A stretch of DNA of 63,994 bases, counting the filler, from Hyphochytrium catenoides (Eukaryota > Protista > Hyphochytriomycota), in assembly GCA_900088475.1 (NCBI GenBank). It is 16 parts of 16 records of this genome, joined end to end, with 100 filler letters (N's around TTAATTAATTAA, not from the genome) between each part and the next. Parts side by side here need not be neighbours in the genome. Positions count along the whole stretch, not along the records: positions 39,293 to 45,416 come from FLMG01000088.1; positions 45,517 to 48,313 come from FLMG01001630.1; positions 48,414 to 50,452 come from FLMG01000086.1; positions 50,553 to 52,525 come from FLMG01001850.1; positions 52,626 to 58,326 come from FLMG01004296.1; 11 more parts are not named here. One strand, 5' to 3'. A program made the translations under genes and the position numbers. Positions within the stretch are counted from its first letter, which is position 1; each line of letters begins with the position of its first letter. This document shows, one piece after another, positions 41,146-53,925 of this stretch. The notes beneath the pieces are model-generated. The model saw nothing but the letters and a program-made list of their open reading frames with translations, was not told where the DNA came from and ran no database searches.

Positions 41146-44115
41146 ATGGATGCCCTTTCTGCTCCAGGGGAAAGGAAAAGAGAAGATCCCCCAGATCAGC
41201 GAAGACAGGAGAAACCCGCGCGTGGTAGCAGGCAGTGCCGCATCTGCCGCAAGAAGGGACATAACAGCGCGGACTGTTTTGAGCTTCCGGAGAACGCTGC
41301 TCGCAGGCCAACTGGCTGGAAGTCTCGCGTCCACTTGGACAAGTTGACGTTGGTACAGGAGCCCAGCAGTAAAAGCAATGCTTAGCAACTTAGTGCTCTC
41401 ATAGCTGCTCTCCTATCCTCCACTTCTTCTTCACCAGGAGCTCTATCATCAGTTGACACTAATGAATTGGGATTGGCCAATCAGTACACAAAGTCTTCTG
41501 TCGACTCTGGTAAATCCCTTACCCTAGCTTCTATCCAGCAGGCTGCAGCGAAGGCGAAAGCCGTCCAGAGTAGCCACAAATGGCTGCTAGACAGCGGATG
41601 CTCCAGTCACATTACTGGAAATCGATCGCTCTTTCTCTCTTTCACTTCTATTGACCCTCTTCCTCTCTTTACCGCTGACAACCGGCCAGTTTTTGCCGCA
41701 GGAAAGGGAAGCATACTTATCCCTGCTGACAATAGAGCTACCGCCCATCTCTACCTGGCGAATGTGCTTTATGCGCCAGGCTTTCCGAAGCATCTTCTCT
41801 CTATTGGACAATACATCCAAGACTCCTCTGGTGCAGCAGTGTTATTTACCTCAAATGGAGCTTACACTCTCAGTCCCTCAGTGGTCAAGGACATTGCAAA
41901 GTTAACCTTACAAGAACAAGTGAGACGTATTGGTTTGACCAATGGACCTGTTTATTACTCCTCGGACACAGACGATGCACGGCGACAAAGTGACTCTTCT
42001 TCTCCAAGACTAGCCGCAGCTACGAGCAAGAAAGAGCCTATCACCCTGTGGCACAAACGGCTTAATCATCTTAACCACACAGATATTTGAAGACTAGCCC
42101 TGCAGGCTTCCGGTATAGCCCTTGATAGAGCCTCTCAGCAGCTCTGTCTTTGTGAGACCTGCATTCTTGCGAAGCTAACTCGTAAGCCTTACCACGTTCA
42201 GCCCCGTAAGACAACAAGCCTGCTTGAACTTCTGCACGCCGACGTTGGCATTGTCAATACTCGTAGCTATCAAGGCTATGTACATTTTCTGCTCGTGGTG
42301 GATGATCACTCTCGGAGGTGCTTTGTGCAATTTCTTCGGAGCAAAGGAGAAGCAGAAGCTAGTTGGAGGAGCTCATTCTTTTCATGGAGAACCACACGGA
42401 TGAGCGCGTGAAGTAGATACGCTCCGATCGCGAGGGTCATCTACGTGTCTTTGGTTCACTTGCGTATGCTTTAAAGCCGTCGACGATGTGGCGAAAGCTT
42501 GATGCGCGGAGCTCTCGGTATATCTTTGTAGGGTATGACTCTGGCACCCATGGCTGCTATCGACTGTATGATCCTCTGACCAAGAGAATCTCTGTGCGGC
42601 GTGATGTGGTTATCGACGAGTCTCGCTCTGGGGTCTTTCTACTCAAACAGGCAAAAAGGCAACAACATTATGGCTATGTCTCTTTATTTCCCATCATAGG
42701 AAGCGAATTAGCAACAACTGCCGCTGAAGCAGGGCAAGTAAGTGGTGAAGCGAGTGCAGCGAGACAAGCAGAAAAAGAAATGAACCTTCTGCTGACGAAG
42801 CAAGTCCAGAGGAACCCACCAATGACTGTCTGGGGCCGGAGCCAGAGAGCAGCGTTGCTGATGGAACGGAGACGAGCGAGCTTGGCGAAGATTGAAGATC
42901 ATCCGGCAGCTTCTCCCTCCTCTCCGACCACAATCACTTCTCCACTCGGTCCTATCACTCGTGGTTGTGATAGACTCTCTCTCTCTCTTCCAGTAGGCCA
43001 GGCTAATCTTCTGCATGTCTCTGAACCGAAAACAGTCCGCGAGGCACTCTCTGGACCTCATGCCACAGAATGGCTAGCCGCCAATACCTCAGAGCTTACA
43101 TCAATGCAGTCCCATGAGGTTTACGATCTAGTGCCCCCACCTCCCGGCGCTCATCTTATCGGCTCTCAATGGGTCTTTAGGGTCAAGTTGCATAATAGCG
43201 ATGGCTCAGCGGACAAGTACAAGGCACGTCTGATTAGATCTAATCGCTCTTGGCAATCGACAGAAGCAAGGTATCGACTTTAGCAGGTCTTTGCTCCAAT
43301 GATAGGGCATGACACTGTCCGCTGCCTTCTCTCGCTCGCCGCCACACTGGACCTAGAAGTGCATCACGTCGATATCAAGACCGCCTTCCTGAACGGCAAT
43401 CTCGACGAACAGGTGTACATGCTTCTGATCAACATATGTCCATCCAAGTGCCTCCCCCCAACGAATACCTCGTCAAACAACCCGATACTGCTGCCCGCCC
43501 CTTGCCAACCCCTGAGCCAGCAGGCACAATATGCGATACCGACAATTCAGCTTCGATAGATCCGTGTTCACCTCCCGATGACCGTTGCGAAAACCTGCGC
43601 GTTTGCCCAGACAGTCTACAACAACCCCTTGTCCAAACCCCAGCACGAGCAACTGATTCCCCACAACAAGTACCTCCCTCCCGCATTCCGCTTTTCAAAC
43701 GCCGACTTCAACAAGAAGACTCTATTTTCTCCATGGGTAATCACCTTGGCAACTCCTTATCACTCAATGAACCCCGAACGATAGAGAAGGCTCTTTCTGG
43801 ACCGGATGCGTCGGAGTGGAACGTCGCTATCCTCAGTGAAAAGGCATCTATGGAACAACACGACGTTTGGGAACTCGTTAAACGTCCTCCAGGAGCAAAC
43901 GTCATTGGGTGTAAATGGGTGTTTCGCGTAAAATATGGAAGTGATGGCACCATCGATCGCTGTAAGGCACGACTCGTCGCTCAAGGCTACAATCAGAAAC
44001 CGGGGATCGACTACAACGAGGTCTTCGCTCCAGTGGTCAGCTATGAGTCCGTCCGATGTATCCTCTCTTTAGCTGCGATGTATGACTTTGAGATTCAACA
44101 TCTGGATATTCGTAC
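41146..44115 (+). mobile_element. Ty1/copia gag-pol, degenerate and chimeric (two RT starts in tandem)
   Basis: CRICRKKGHNSADC knuckle, WLLDSGCSSH protease, LWHKRLNH, VDDHSR integrase with core deleted, KLDARS..FVGYD, RT EPKT..HVDIKTAFLNG, and a second [28 protein letters not shown]. Confidence 0.92.
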
Positions 44116-45211
44116 TAGGGTTGCACATCGGTATCGGCCAACCGATAATATCGGCAAATATCGGGATTATCGGTTCTCTACCAAACGCCGGACCGATATT
44201 CCGATATCATTGACCGATACCGATATTCCGATACGATATCAGCCGATATTAGTGCTTCTCCATTCTTCTATAAGCTCAATTGAGCCCCTTTCACCTAAAA
44301 CGTCAATAGAAGATATAGATCAAGGAGTACATTATTATTAGTGTAAGTGTCCTACCCATCTACCGACCTCGATCCTAATAAACAAGTACTACTATTAGTA
44401 TTCTTACATTCATGAGGTCATACTCTAGACAACAAATAGCAATGATCACACCACTGTTTGTCTCCGAGGAGAGCCAACAGCGGCACAAATGAAAATCATG
44501 TGGTGGCGACGACTACAACTAGAACTACGTACTTCCATTGAGAAGACGGAGATTGTTGCAGGGAGCTTCTCTTTCAGCCGCCTTTAACTCATCACGGGTG
44601 ATCCGCCGCACGGCCAACAAGGAGGAACTTCTCATTCAGCCTGCCTTTTTTTCTAAAACGCCCCATCATCCTGGAAGGAGCCCCACTCCTCCTGGCCATC
44701 CGTGATGCATGAAGACCGATTTACTCTCTACTCTACTGGTTGCTACAAGAAGCATCACACTACCGCGGGGAAAAGGAGGGATAAGAAATGAGGGCGAGCA
44801 GAAGTCTCAAATGTAGTTCTATAGCAAGGACCAGCGGCAGAAGTTTTTGATGAATAGACCAAACCTCTGTCTAGAATGTAGAATAATTTTGAGGACCTTG
44901 TCAGAGCACTAACAATCATCAATAAAGAAAGGAGTCTTTCTTGTCCTTGGCTCGATAATAATAATGATGTTTTCCCCAAGAATCGCTACTGTATGGGTCT
45001 TCTTGCTAACATTGTTCCTGAATAATGCTAGCCAACTGTGATGTATCCAATGATCACGAATAATAATAGAGCCATCGCTGCCTCACCCTGTGTCTTCCTA
45101 CTACCGTCAAAGTGCTTGTGGAGGTCTGCACGCCATCAATGGAAGAAATTATAGATATTTCATGACAAATTCACCCTAGAGTTAGTGATATCGGTTAGCC
45201 GACAACGCCGA
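44116..45211. mobile_element. hAT-like DNA transposon end with subterminal CCGATA repeats, inserted in copia RT
   Basis: Begins TAGGGTTG exactly where RT homology to 59946-60140 stops. About ten CCGATA/TATCGG motifs in 44116-44250, more near 45190-45211. Confidence 0.65.
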
Positions 45212-45530
45212 TATCAATACAGCAGGCAAGCCTGAGGGCTCGCCCTTTTAGATATGGGTAATCCAGCCTTGACCGACAGGATTATTTGTACAAGTACACC
45301 GTAGTTTACTTGCTCAAGCAGGCTTAGACCATAGTACCCGTTATTTATTAGATTAGAGCCTCTTTTAGAGACTATTAATCGCAGCAAATCGGGATTTGAT
45401 GAATAATAACCGAGTANNNNNNNNNNNNNNNNNNNNNNNNNNNNNNNNNNNNNNNNNNNNTTAATTAATTAANNNNNNNNNNNNNNNNNNNNNNNNNNNN
45501 NNNNNNNNNNNNNNNNTCTCTCTCTCCCAG

Positions 45531-45911
45531 GGTGACGTCTCTAAACTCCGAGAGATGTCCGATATTATGGAGAGACTGGGCGTCTATAAAGAGTTTGACG
45601 AGGTCTGGGCCCGAAAATTAGGGAAGAAGGCCTCTGTCTTCTCTCTTGAAACATTCCCAGTCCAGCAATACATCGCCAGCACTGTCATTAAGAATGCCAT
45701 GCGGAGAAAGATTCATCGCGCGAAGAAAAGAATCGGAAAGATTGACCCGGAGAAGACCACGCTTCTTCCTCTGAGTGAGAGAAGTAACGAAGAGAAGAAA
45801 GAGACCCAGAGAGATGAACAGAGAAGAGAAAGAAAGCAGCAGGAGGAAGAAGAGAAGGAGAAGAAAAGAAAAGAAGAAGAAGAGGAAGAGAGAGGAGCGA
45901 AGAGCAGCTGA
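45531..45911 (+). CDS. Terminal exon of an unidentified protein (IQ-like segment, charged tail)
   Basis: Polypyrimidine-CAG acceptor, then open frame ..SDIMERLGVYKEFDEVW..IASTVIKNAMRR.. to a stop. Confidence 0.5.
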   Translation, partial: GDVSKLREMSDIMERLGVYKEFDEVWARKLGKKASVFSLETFPVQQYIASTVIKNAMRRKIHRAKKRIGKIDPEKTTLLPLSERSNEEKKETQRDEQRRERKQQEEEEKEKKRKEEEEEERGAKSS

Positions 45912-46402
45912 CAATGGAAAGAGAAGTCTCTTTCTCTCTCTCTCGCTCACAGTTTTCTCTCCTCTTAGATTATCATGGCTTACTATTTATATTTATTGAC
46001 TTTATTGATAGTTCTTGGCACTTTTATTTGAAAAGAGAGAGAGAGACTTAGAAGAGAAGGAGAAGGAGAGACCAACTAGGGGGAGACAAGGAGAAGATAA
46101 AGAAATGAAGAAGAAAAGAAAGGAAAGAAATCGAAAGCTGGATCGACTGAAGAGGAGCAAGGATAGAGAAATCGAAGAAGAGAGAGAAATGGAGGAAAAG
46201 AGAGAAACAACAGGAAGAGAGAGAGAGAGAGAGAGAGAGAGAAGCATAATGGACCCATAGAAGTTCAGTTCAACTACAATGTTCCTTTCCGGAAGAGAGA
46301 GAGAAGAAATATGAAGAAGAGAGATCCCCGCAAAAAACAATGACAGAGAGAGAAAGAAAAGAGACCGAAGAATAAAAAATTGCGTGGCAGGGAATGCGAG
46401 AG

Positions 46403-46438
<36 letters not shown>

Positions 46439-46821
46439 AGAAGAGGAAAAGAAAGAGTGAGAGAGAAAGAAAGAAAGAAAAAGAGAGAGAAAGAAGAAGA
46501 GTGAGAGAGTAAAAGAGAGAGCAAGGAAAGAAAGTGGAAAGTGGAAAGAAGAGAGATAGATAAGTGGTGAGAGGAAAAGCACGCTTGAATGACAGACGAA
46601 TAGCCCAGGGAAGAGGAAGAAGAAGAAGGGAAAAATAAGAATGAATAACAAACCTCGGAGAAAACACAATATTTTATTGCCTATTCGCGTGGTGTGTGAG
46701 CGCTATTATGGATAACGAAAGCAAACAGCCTTGATATGAAGAATAATCGCGTGAAAAGGACCTCTTGCATTATAAATTCCACAAAATGGATAAAAGTAAA
46801 CGATAAATGTCAAATAAAAAG

Positions 46822-48018
46822 TCACGGTGAAGCGAGAGAGACAAAGATGTCTTCTTCTTTCTTTCTCTCTGCTTGTCTCTCTCTCTTCTCTTCCTCTCCA
46901 GCAGCAGCAGAAGCAGAAGGAGAAGAAAGAGACAGTCCACGCTCTTTCCCTGTTGTCTGGTGCTTCCTCCTCTCGCTCCAAAGATCACGTTTCTTGCTAA
47001 TGAAGAGAAAGAGAAAGTGCAGTCCGAGGAAGAGAAGAAGAGAAACAACAATGAGGATCGCGCTCCATGTGTCCTTCATAGAGAAAGCATCTCCATAGCA
47101 CGGAGGATGGCCCGTGGCAATCCATAGTCCTTGAGAGATAATCCATAGAACGGCATAGGGCAGAGTGAAGAAAACATGGAGAGAGACAAAGGGAAGACGA
47201 GAGAGAAAGAGCTCCGTTAAGAGGAAGACAAAGCCCAGAGCGTGGACGGTGATGCAGCTGATGCCGCAGGTGTCTGTTGGGCTATAGACTATAGACCAGT
47301 ACAGCGCGGTTATGAGTGTCTCGACCACGAGAGAGAGCTGAAAGAGAAGAATCTGTAAGAGCGCAAGTCTCTCCCAGAGCTTCTTATTCGTTTTCTTCTG
47401 TTTCTCTTCCTTCCCACCATGAATTTCTCCATCTGTTTCTTCCTTCTGCTGCTGCTGCATTTTTCTCCGCCGAGCATCGTCTCTTTCTTCTTCTGGCCCT
47501 CTGTTCGTTTCTCCATCCTCATCATTCGCAATAACTTTCTCTTCTCTTTCCAGAGAATCTGCATCTGAATCTTCATTTGATGAGAAATCTGCAGATTTCC
47601 GGAAAAAGAGAATTGCAGCTCCATTAAGCGTTGCCACCCACCAATAAACAGTCGAGATAAAGCCTCCCCAGTTGGTAAGAAAGAGAGGCGCCTCAATGCC
47701 ATCCCATTCCCAATAGTATATCCACGTAAAGAACAGCCCAACTGCTGAGAAGAAGAGCATCACGACAAAACGGAAGAGAAAGAGATACTTTTGGCTCTTC
47801 TCTGAGTCTGAAAGAGAGCTTCCAACCAAGAGATCAATGAGTCTTTCTTTGTCTTTTGGCAAATCTTTGTAGAGCCAACGGGAGAGACAGCTTTCCCGTC
47901 TCTTCTTCTCTTTTTCTCCTTCTCTTTCTGCATTCTCTTCGACTTTCTCTGGAGGAGAGGCTTCTCCATGTTCAGGGTCGTCAGCAGCGGTGCCCTTTGC
48001 TGCTGCTTGTGCAGTCAT
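46822..48018 (-). CDS. Rolling stone / FAR-17a-like multi-pass membrane protein, intronless
   Basis: About 6 TM segments with FLTNWG, ITALYW, VHALG and ELFLSRLP motifs. First ATG at 48018. Confidence 0.75.
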   Translation of the reverse strand: MTAQAAAKGTAADDPEHGEASPPEKVEENAEREGEKEKKRRESCLSRWLYKDLPKDKERLIDLLVGSSLSDSEKSQKYLFLFRFVVMLFFSAVGLFFTWIYYWEWDGIEAPLFLTNWGGFISTVYWWVATLNGAAILFFRKSADFSSNEDSDADSLEREEKVIANDEDGETNRGPEEERDDARRRKMQQQQKEETDGEIHGGKEEKQKKTNKKLWERLALLQILLFQLSLVVETLITALYWSIVYSPTDTCGISCITVHALGFVFLLTELFLSRLPFVSLHVFFTLPYAVLWIISQGLWIATGHPPCYGDAFSMKDTWSAILIVVSLLLFLGLHFLFLFISKKRDLWSERRKHQTTGKERGLSLSSPSASAAAGEEEKRERQAERKKEEDIFVSLASP

Positions 48019-48429
48019 CTTCGCTAATCTTCTGAGTTGGAGAGAGAGAGAAAGCTTTTGAAAGGGAGAGAGAGAGGGAGAGAGAGCGCTTGTCAACGGA
48101 AGAAAGAAACGGCGGCACTTGCTCAATGTGACAGGTGATCCACTTTCCTTTCTCTATTATAATTCTATCTCTTGAGCTCTCTTTCTCCCCGAATGAGAAA
48201 TGGAAAAACTTCTTCTGTTTCCAGGGTCGTGACCTTGCGAATGGTTGGGACAGGAGAGTTGAGCCCTAACGCAAGGGAGAGAGAGTGTCCGATAAGAGAG
48301 AAAGAGAGAGAGANNNNNNNNNNNNNNNNNNNNNNNNNNNNNNNNNNNNNNNNNNNNTTAATTAATTAANNNNNNNNNNNNNNNNNNNNNNNNNNNNNNN
48401 NNNNNNNNNNNNNTTGTTGGGAGAGGTAC

Positions 48430-48740
48430 CACTACTTTAAGGGCAAGCACATGAGGAGTGGCAGAAGAAGTATGCAGGTGATGGCGATCAGACGAGGTGG
48501 TTATTTGGTGTCCAAGCAGGAGGAACTTAGTCATTATCGGTCCCGTCTAACCTCCGTACCCTCCTCACACGTCGTGATAGAAAGAGGAGGAGGAGTTGAG
48601 GGCCTGTGCTCGCTGGTGGCACGTCAGGTCTCTTCTACACCGTTATAACGCTCTATTCTTTACCACGTCGTTAGCCCTCTCACTTCTAAGGTCTACACTA
48701 GACACTTCTTGCACATTATAACCTTCTGAGAGTTGGTTCT
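48430..48740 (-). mobile_element. Possible LINE AP-endonuclease N-terminal remnant
   Basis: GYNVQ...DL..Q-like spacing, interrupted by stops. Confidence 0.25.
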
Positions 48741-50250
48741 TGCTTCCCATCCTCCTCCTCCTCCTAGCTCCTCTGGACCTCGGTCGTACATCCCTTCTAC
48801 TGCCGGTGATCGCCATGCTTGGGCCTCTTCGTCGTCTTCGCTGTTGGCGGTATGCTGCTGGAGATAATTGTTCAGCACGAAAAGGCTTGATTTCCCTAAA
48901 TGATACTACTGCTGCTATTTCCATGGTGCGTGCTGCTTCTTGTCCCTTCCCCCTCATCTCTCTCTTCGCCCCGCCGCTCGCCTGGCGGCAGTTATGGCCA
49001 GCCCACCACCACCATGCCTTGCCAACAGTCATCGCTTCTATCTCCTCCTGCACTTGAAAGTTCTGCTTGTTCTCGCACAGCCCATCAGCCCATCACCGAC
49101 AGAGACTCTCCGTTGACTTCGCACTACCGTTTTACAATTTGCTGTTTCCCTCTTCCTCCTATTTCTGTCCGCATCTATCTGTCAGCAGTCTCGTTTCAAG
49201 CAGCAGGCTACTACAGTACTACCGTTACGCTCGATCCACCTCCTCTCTCTTTTTCTCTCTTATCTCTGTCTCTCTGTGTCTCTGTCTCTGTCTCTCTGTC
49301 TCTCTCTCTCTGTCTCTCTCTCTCTGTCTCTCTCTCTCTCCCTCTCTTTTAAGCCTTCTCTCTTTCCTCTCTCTCCCCCTCTCTCTTCCCCTCGGTGCTT
49401 CCATATCTCTCTCTCCTCTGTGGCTCATTCCTCATATCTCTCTCGCGAAGTCCAACCAGTTCCTCTCTTTGTCGTTACCACTCCTGGAGTAGCTTTGGAA
49501 CCGAAGCTTTCAGGTTCTCACGATATTTTCGAATCTTTCAGCGGCCCGCCCGTTATCTAGGAGTAGTAATACAGCAGCACGAAAGGACATTGTGTGTCTG
49601 ATAAACCTAACCTTACTGCTTCAACTCATAGTAATAGGCACTGTAGTAATAATCTATTATGAGCTGTGAGTCTGTAGATGTTAATATCCTGGGCTGCAGA
49701 AGTAGTAATATGCCCATCCTTTGGCAAAACAACGCAGAAACGCCCCACTTGCCACAACCTATTACTACTTCACAAAATGGTCTGTCAGCCTTGTGCCTGC
49801 GGTATACTATTATTTTCCAGTAAGCCATACATAATGTTAGAGAGGATCTTGGTGAAGTTGTCTATGGTAAATAGAGGAAGTGGGGTCCGTTACATGCAGG
49901 GACCGGCACAGCCTTAGGGGGGAATCGTCCATGCTGTCTAATAATTAGCCTCATCAAACTAAAATATGATACATTAGGTAGGTTCCTTACCCTAATCCTT
50001 CTCCTCAGTGGCCGTTGGTCCCATGGGAGGGTTGAGGTTTGGTGCTGGGCTCGGTAGTCGCGTCTCTCCAGATCTCAAGTCCATTCTTCCGCGTCAGCGG
50101 CCCTCTTCCTTTTCCCTCTCTCTTCCCTCACACTCGGCTCTCTTTCGACTGTCTGTATCCTCTTTCTCTCTCACACTCTCTCTCTCCTCTCTCTCACACT
50201 CTCTCTCTCTCTCTCACACTCTCTCTCTCTCTCTCTCTCTCTCTCGCTCG

Positions 50251-50281
<31 letters not shown>

Positions 50282-51199
50282 GCTCGCTCTCTCTCTTCCC
50301 CCTCTCTCGCTCTGTCTCCCTCTCTCCCTCTGTCTCCCTCTCTCTCTATCTCCCTCTGTTTCCCTCTCACTCGTTCTCGCCCTCTCTCATGGTTCTTCTA
50401 CTGTGACATCTCTGTCTTCTAGGTAGCCCCTCTGACTCTCAACGTCACAGCTNNNNNNNNNNNNNNNNNNNNNNNNNNNNNNNNNNNNNNNNNNNNTTAA
50501 TTAATTAANNNNNNNNNNNNNNNNNNNNNNNNNNNNNNNNNNNNNNNNNNNNAGAAAGAGGAAGAGAGGGAGAGAAGTGGCAGGAGCGTGAGACAGTATC
50601 AGAGAGAAGAGAACACGATGGAGAGAAGAAAGATGAAGAATTATTGAGGGCGGCGAGAAGAGAAGAGGACTTAGCAAGATGGGACTGAGAGAAAATGAGG
50701 AGAAGAGACACAGATCTAGTGATATTCTTGGTCACTAAAGGGCAACATTCGACTCCTCGTCTCCTTTCTTTTACCCCCTAGCTCTTGTTTGTTGGTGAAC
50801 AGGGCAGTGTCGGGTGGCGGTTATTTAGGAGCAATAAGGCGAGATGAAGCAATTCCTTTTGAGAAAGGCGAACTCATGGTGCTGCGGTGGTTCTAACACC
50901 GGCGGCGTTCCAGCGAATTTATGTCCTCCCCTCTTCTTTCTCTTTCTTTTCTTCCTTCTGCTGCTCGTACGTATTGTAATCGAGGTCCACCTCTTCTTCT
51001 TCGGAGGCTTCTTGTTGCTTGCTTTCTAAGCTCTCCTCTGCGTCGTACTCTATTGCTGAGTGTCCCAGCTAGTCTGTTTTTCATAGAGATGGAGATATTG
51101 TGCAGCACACATGGAAAAGCGTAGCTTATCAATAGCGACCATCCCCAACTCCTCCTCTTCGCTCATCCATCACAGTTTCCTTCACACCTGGCTCACTTA

Positions 51200-51823
51200 T
51201 CCCTTTCGGAAGCACCGCCGCATTAGCTCTGAAGCCCATTACATCTTTTGCCTTCTCCCTCTTCCCGTCGAACAAGCAGCCTCATAAATTTGTCACGGGT
51301 AGCCTTCCGCCCGCGTTCTTGTTGTCCTCTCCTCTTCTAGCCTGCACCCCAACTTACATCTCCCTTTTTATGAGTGTACATTCTCTCTCTTCTGTTTGCT
51401 TACCATCTGACGCGTTTCGTCCTGCCTGCTGCCGTCGACACTGTAACGAGCAGCAGACTCTAGAGGAAACAAAACTGGGAGTCAATATAGCCTTAGACGA
51501 CTCTCAGTTCTAAGGGTAAGCTGTCCAGGATGGCCGTCTTCTTGCAGCATCCTATTATCGATTACTTTTGTTTGCCCACTCTCTATTGTCTTTCTCTTTC
51601 CTTTCCTCACTCTGCCGTATTTCTCTCGAGTTCAGCATCTCCTTTAGATCCTTCGTTTCAGGCTTGCTCTCCCTCTTTCTCTCTTTGTGTTTGTCTTCAA
51701 TGTTCTGCAAGTAACTCTCCCCTTCTCCCTCTCTCTGTCTATTTTCAGATTCTCCCCCTTCTCCGTTTTTCCGTCCTCCTGTTCCTGCTGTTCTCTTCGG
51801 TCAAAGTTTTGCCTGCCTCCGCT

Positions 51824-51857
<34 letters not shown>

Positions 51858-52525
51858 TGTCTGGTAACCCCTCTGTCCTCCTAAACTCTCTGCCTTTTGC
51901 ATCATTCACTTTTTGGTATAAGGAGCTCATTAGTACGCCGTCTGGGCCGTCCCAATACTTCCTCCCCAAGTTTTCTCCTTTTCCTGCAATACTTTCTCTC
52001 CTTTATTGGACTGACACAAACAGCAAACAGTAAAGAGATTCCCCATTCCAAACCGCATCTGCCTGTCTCCTACTTGCCCACTCTTTCTTTTCTCTTAGCC
52101 AAGTTTAAAGCGGCGGCCCTCTTGCCCTCTTTTTGAGTTAGCACTTTAAATGCTCTTTATTGTTGGCGTTTTCTTGGGAAGCCCCCACACTACTGTTTCA
52201 GTACTTTTTAAAAAACTCTTCCTCTGATTAGCTCTTCCTCTAACGCTCTCTCAGATTGCCTCCACGTCTACATTTCCTTTCCTTCTTGCCCTCTTTTTCA
52301 TTTGTCTCCGTTGCCTTAGTGGCTAGGATATCTCTTTCTCTCCCATTTTCTCGACAGGCTTTTCTTTCCTTCCTGCGATGGTCGCCTTCTTATAAAAAAC
52401 CCTAACCCTAACCCTAACCCCTAACCCTAACCCTAACCCTTACCAACTCCGACAGTTTTCGCACCTTACTCCAGCCAAAGGAGTTCCCTTGTAGCCTCAT
52501 TGGCCCCAACATATTCGGCTTCTGT
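51200..52525 (+). mobile_element. Decayed endonuclease-less Penelope-like retroelement 3' part, telomeric repeats, then the start of a second truncated copy
   Basis: K.PHK..FRP (RT N-terminus), HHSLFGIRSSLVRRLGRPNTSSPSF (thumb-like) and FLGKPP tail. After the repeats, TNSDSFRTLLQPKEFP resembles the segment before RT motif A. Confidence 0.5.
52400..52444 (+). repeat. Interstitial telomeric repeat (CCCTAA) x6-7
   Basis: aaaaaa ccctaa ccctaa ccctaa cccctaa ccctaa ccctaa ccctta. Confidence 0.9.
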
Positions 52526-53081
52526 NNNNNNNNNNNNNNNNNNNNNNNNNNNNNNNNNNNNNNNNNNNNTTAATTAATTAANNNNNNNNNNNNNNNNNNN
52601 NNNNNNNNNNNNNNNNNNNNNNNNNGGAGATAATAGATGAGAAAGATCCTTGAGGCGCTGCTGAATCGTGGAGACTTCGAAGATTGAAAGGAGTCGGTAG
52701 GGAAGTGTGCTCGGCTTGAAGCATTGTCGGCAAGGCCGAAAGAGGAGGATGAGAAATGAAGAGAATAGAAAGAAGGCAGGGAGGAGGGCGCGGCGATAGA
52801 GGAGAGAGAGAGAGAGGAGAGAGAAAAGGGAGAGGAGTGTGCTGAGAAGAAAGAGCCATGGGATGGGGCAGAACGTCGGCTGCCTTCAGTTAGGGGCCTG
52901 GTTCTGGTACGTGGGGACAGGGCGAGGGAGAAAGAAGAGGTAAAGAAGGTCTTTTGCTAGGGGAGGATGCTGTACAGGAGGAAAAGCGCGAGAGGAAGAC
53001 ATAGACAGACACATAGTGAGAGAGAGACAGCCACAGAGAGAGGTCAGTTGGCTGTCTGCTGGGAGGGGCAGGAGTAGACAG

Positions 53082-53135
<54 letters not shown>

Positions 53136-53925
53136 GTGTGATGGCCGGTCATCCCTTCTTATAAAGCTTCTGAAGATTGTAACGCCGCCAGGAGATATTA
53201 CTATGCATACCTGTATATCCCTATACACTAGAGAGAGAGGACATTACTACTCCAGAAGGTTCTTTGTCCTCTCCCTCCCACGCCTATTACTATGACTCAT
53301 CTAGCTTGATTTATAGGGATCTTACCATGAAATCAACGTATTACTTTGTTTCTTGGGGTTGACCCGAATGCACAAGGTCTTTATTGATATTTTAACATTA
53401 TGCATTCTGTTCCGACCCTTGTAGGAAGGGAACAAGAGAAACTTCAACACGATTTCTGACCACCTGGTTGTTAGACAGAACGAGAGCCATCCAGCTAGAG
53501 GAGCAAGAGGTACGATAAGCCTAATGAGGAAGGGGCTCAATGGTAGACAGAGATACAGAGAGACACACACTTTGAGAGAGGCATGACAGTAAGGGACGAA
53601 GCGAAAGAGAGATTATTGCTAATGCTGCAACTTGTCTTGGGCGTCAGATCGTGAAGCTTCATCACCGAGCAATAGTGAAGCTTCATCGCGGTAGCATGGT
53701 CTAACTTTAGCTAAGGACAAGCCCATACAGTCCTAGCTAGCTCATGCTAGGTCCTAGGCTGGGCGCTAGACTGAAGAGAAAGGTTTGCGGATGGTCGAAG
53801 AAAGAAGGTGATTGAGCACACACTGCGGAGTAAGGTCCAGATCCGATAGGACCAGGCTTATCGATAAGGGCTAATATAGTTAAAGGACATAGACCAGCGT
53901 CCTCTGTCACGTGGTCCTCCTCGTC

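Noticed and set aside
44116-44341. C-terminal extension of ORF 43436-44341 (TDIPI repeats)
   Set aside because: Read-through into hAT subterminal CCGATA repeats, not protein.
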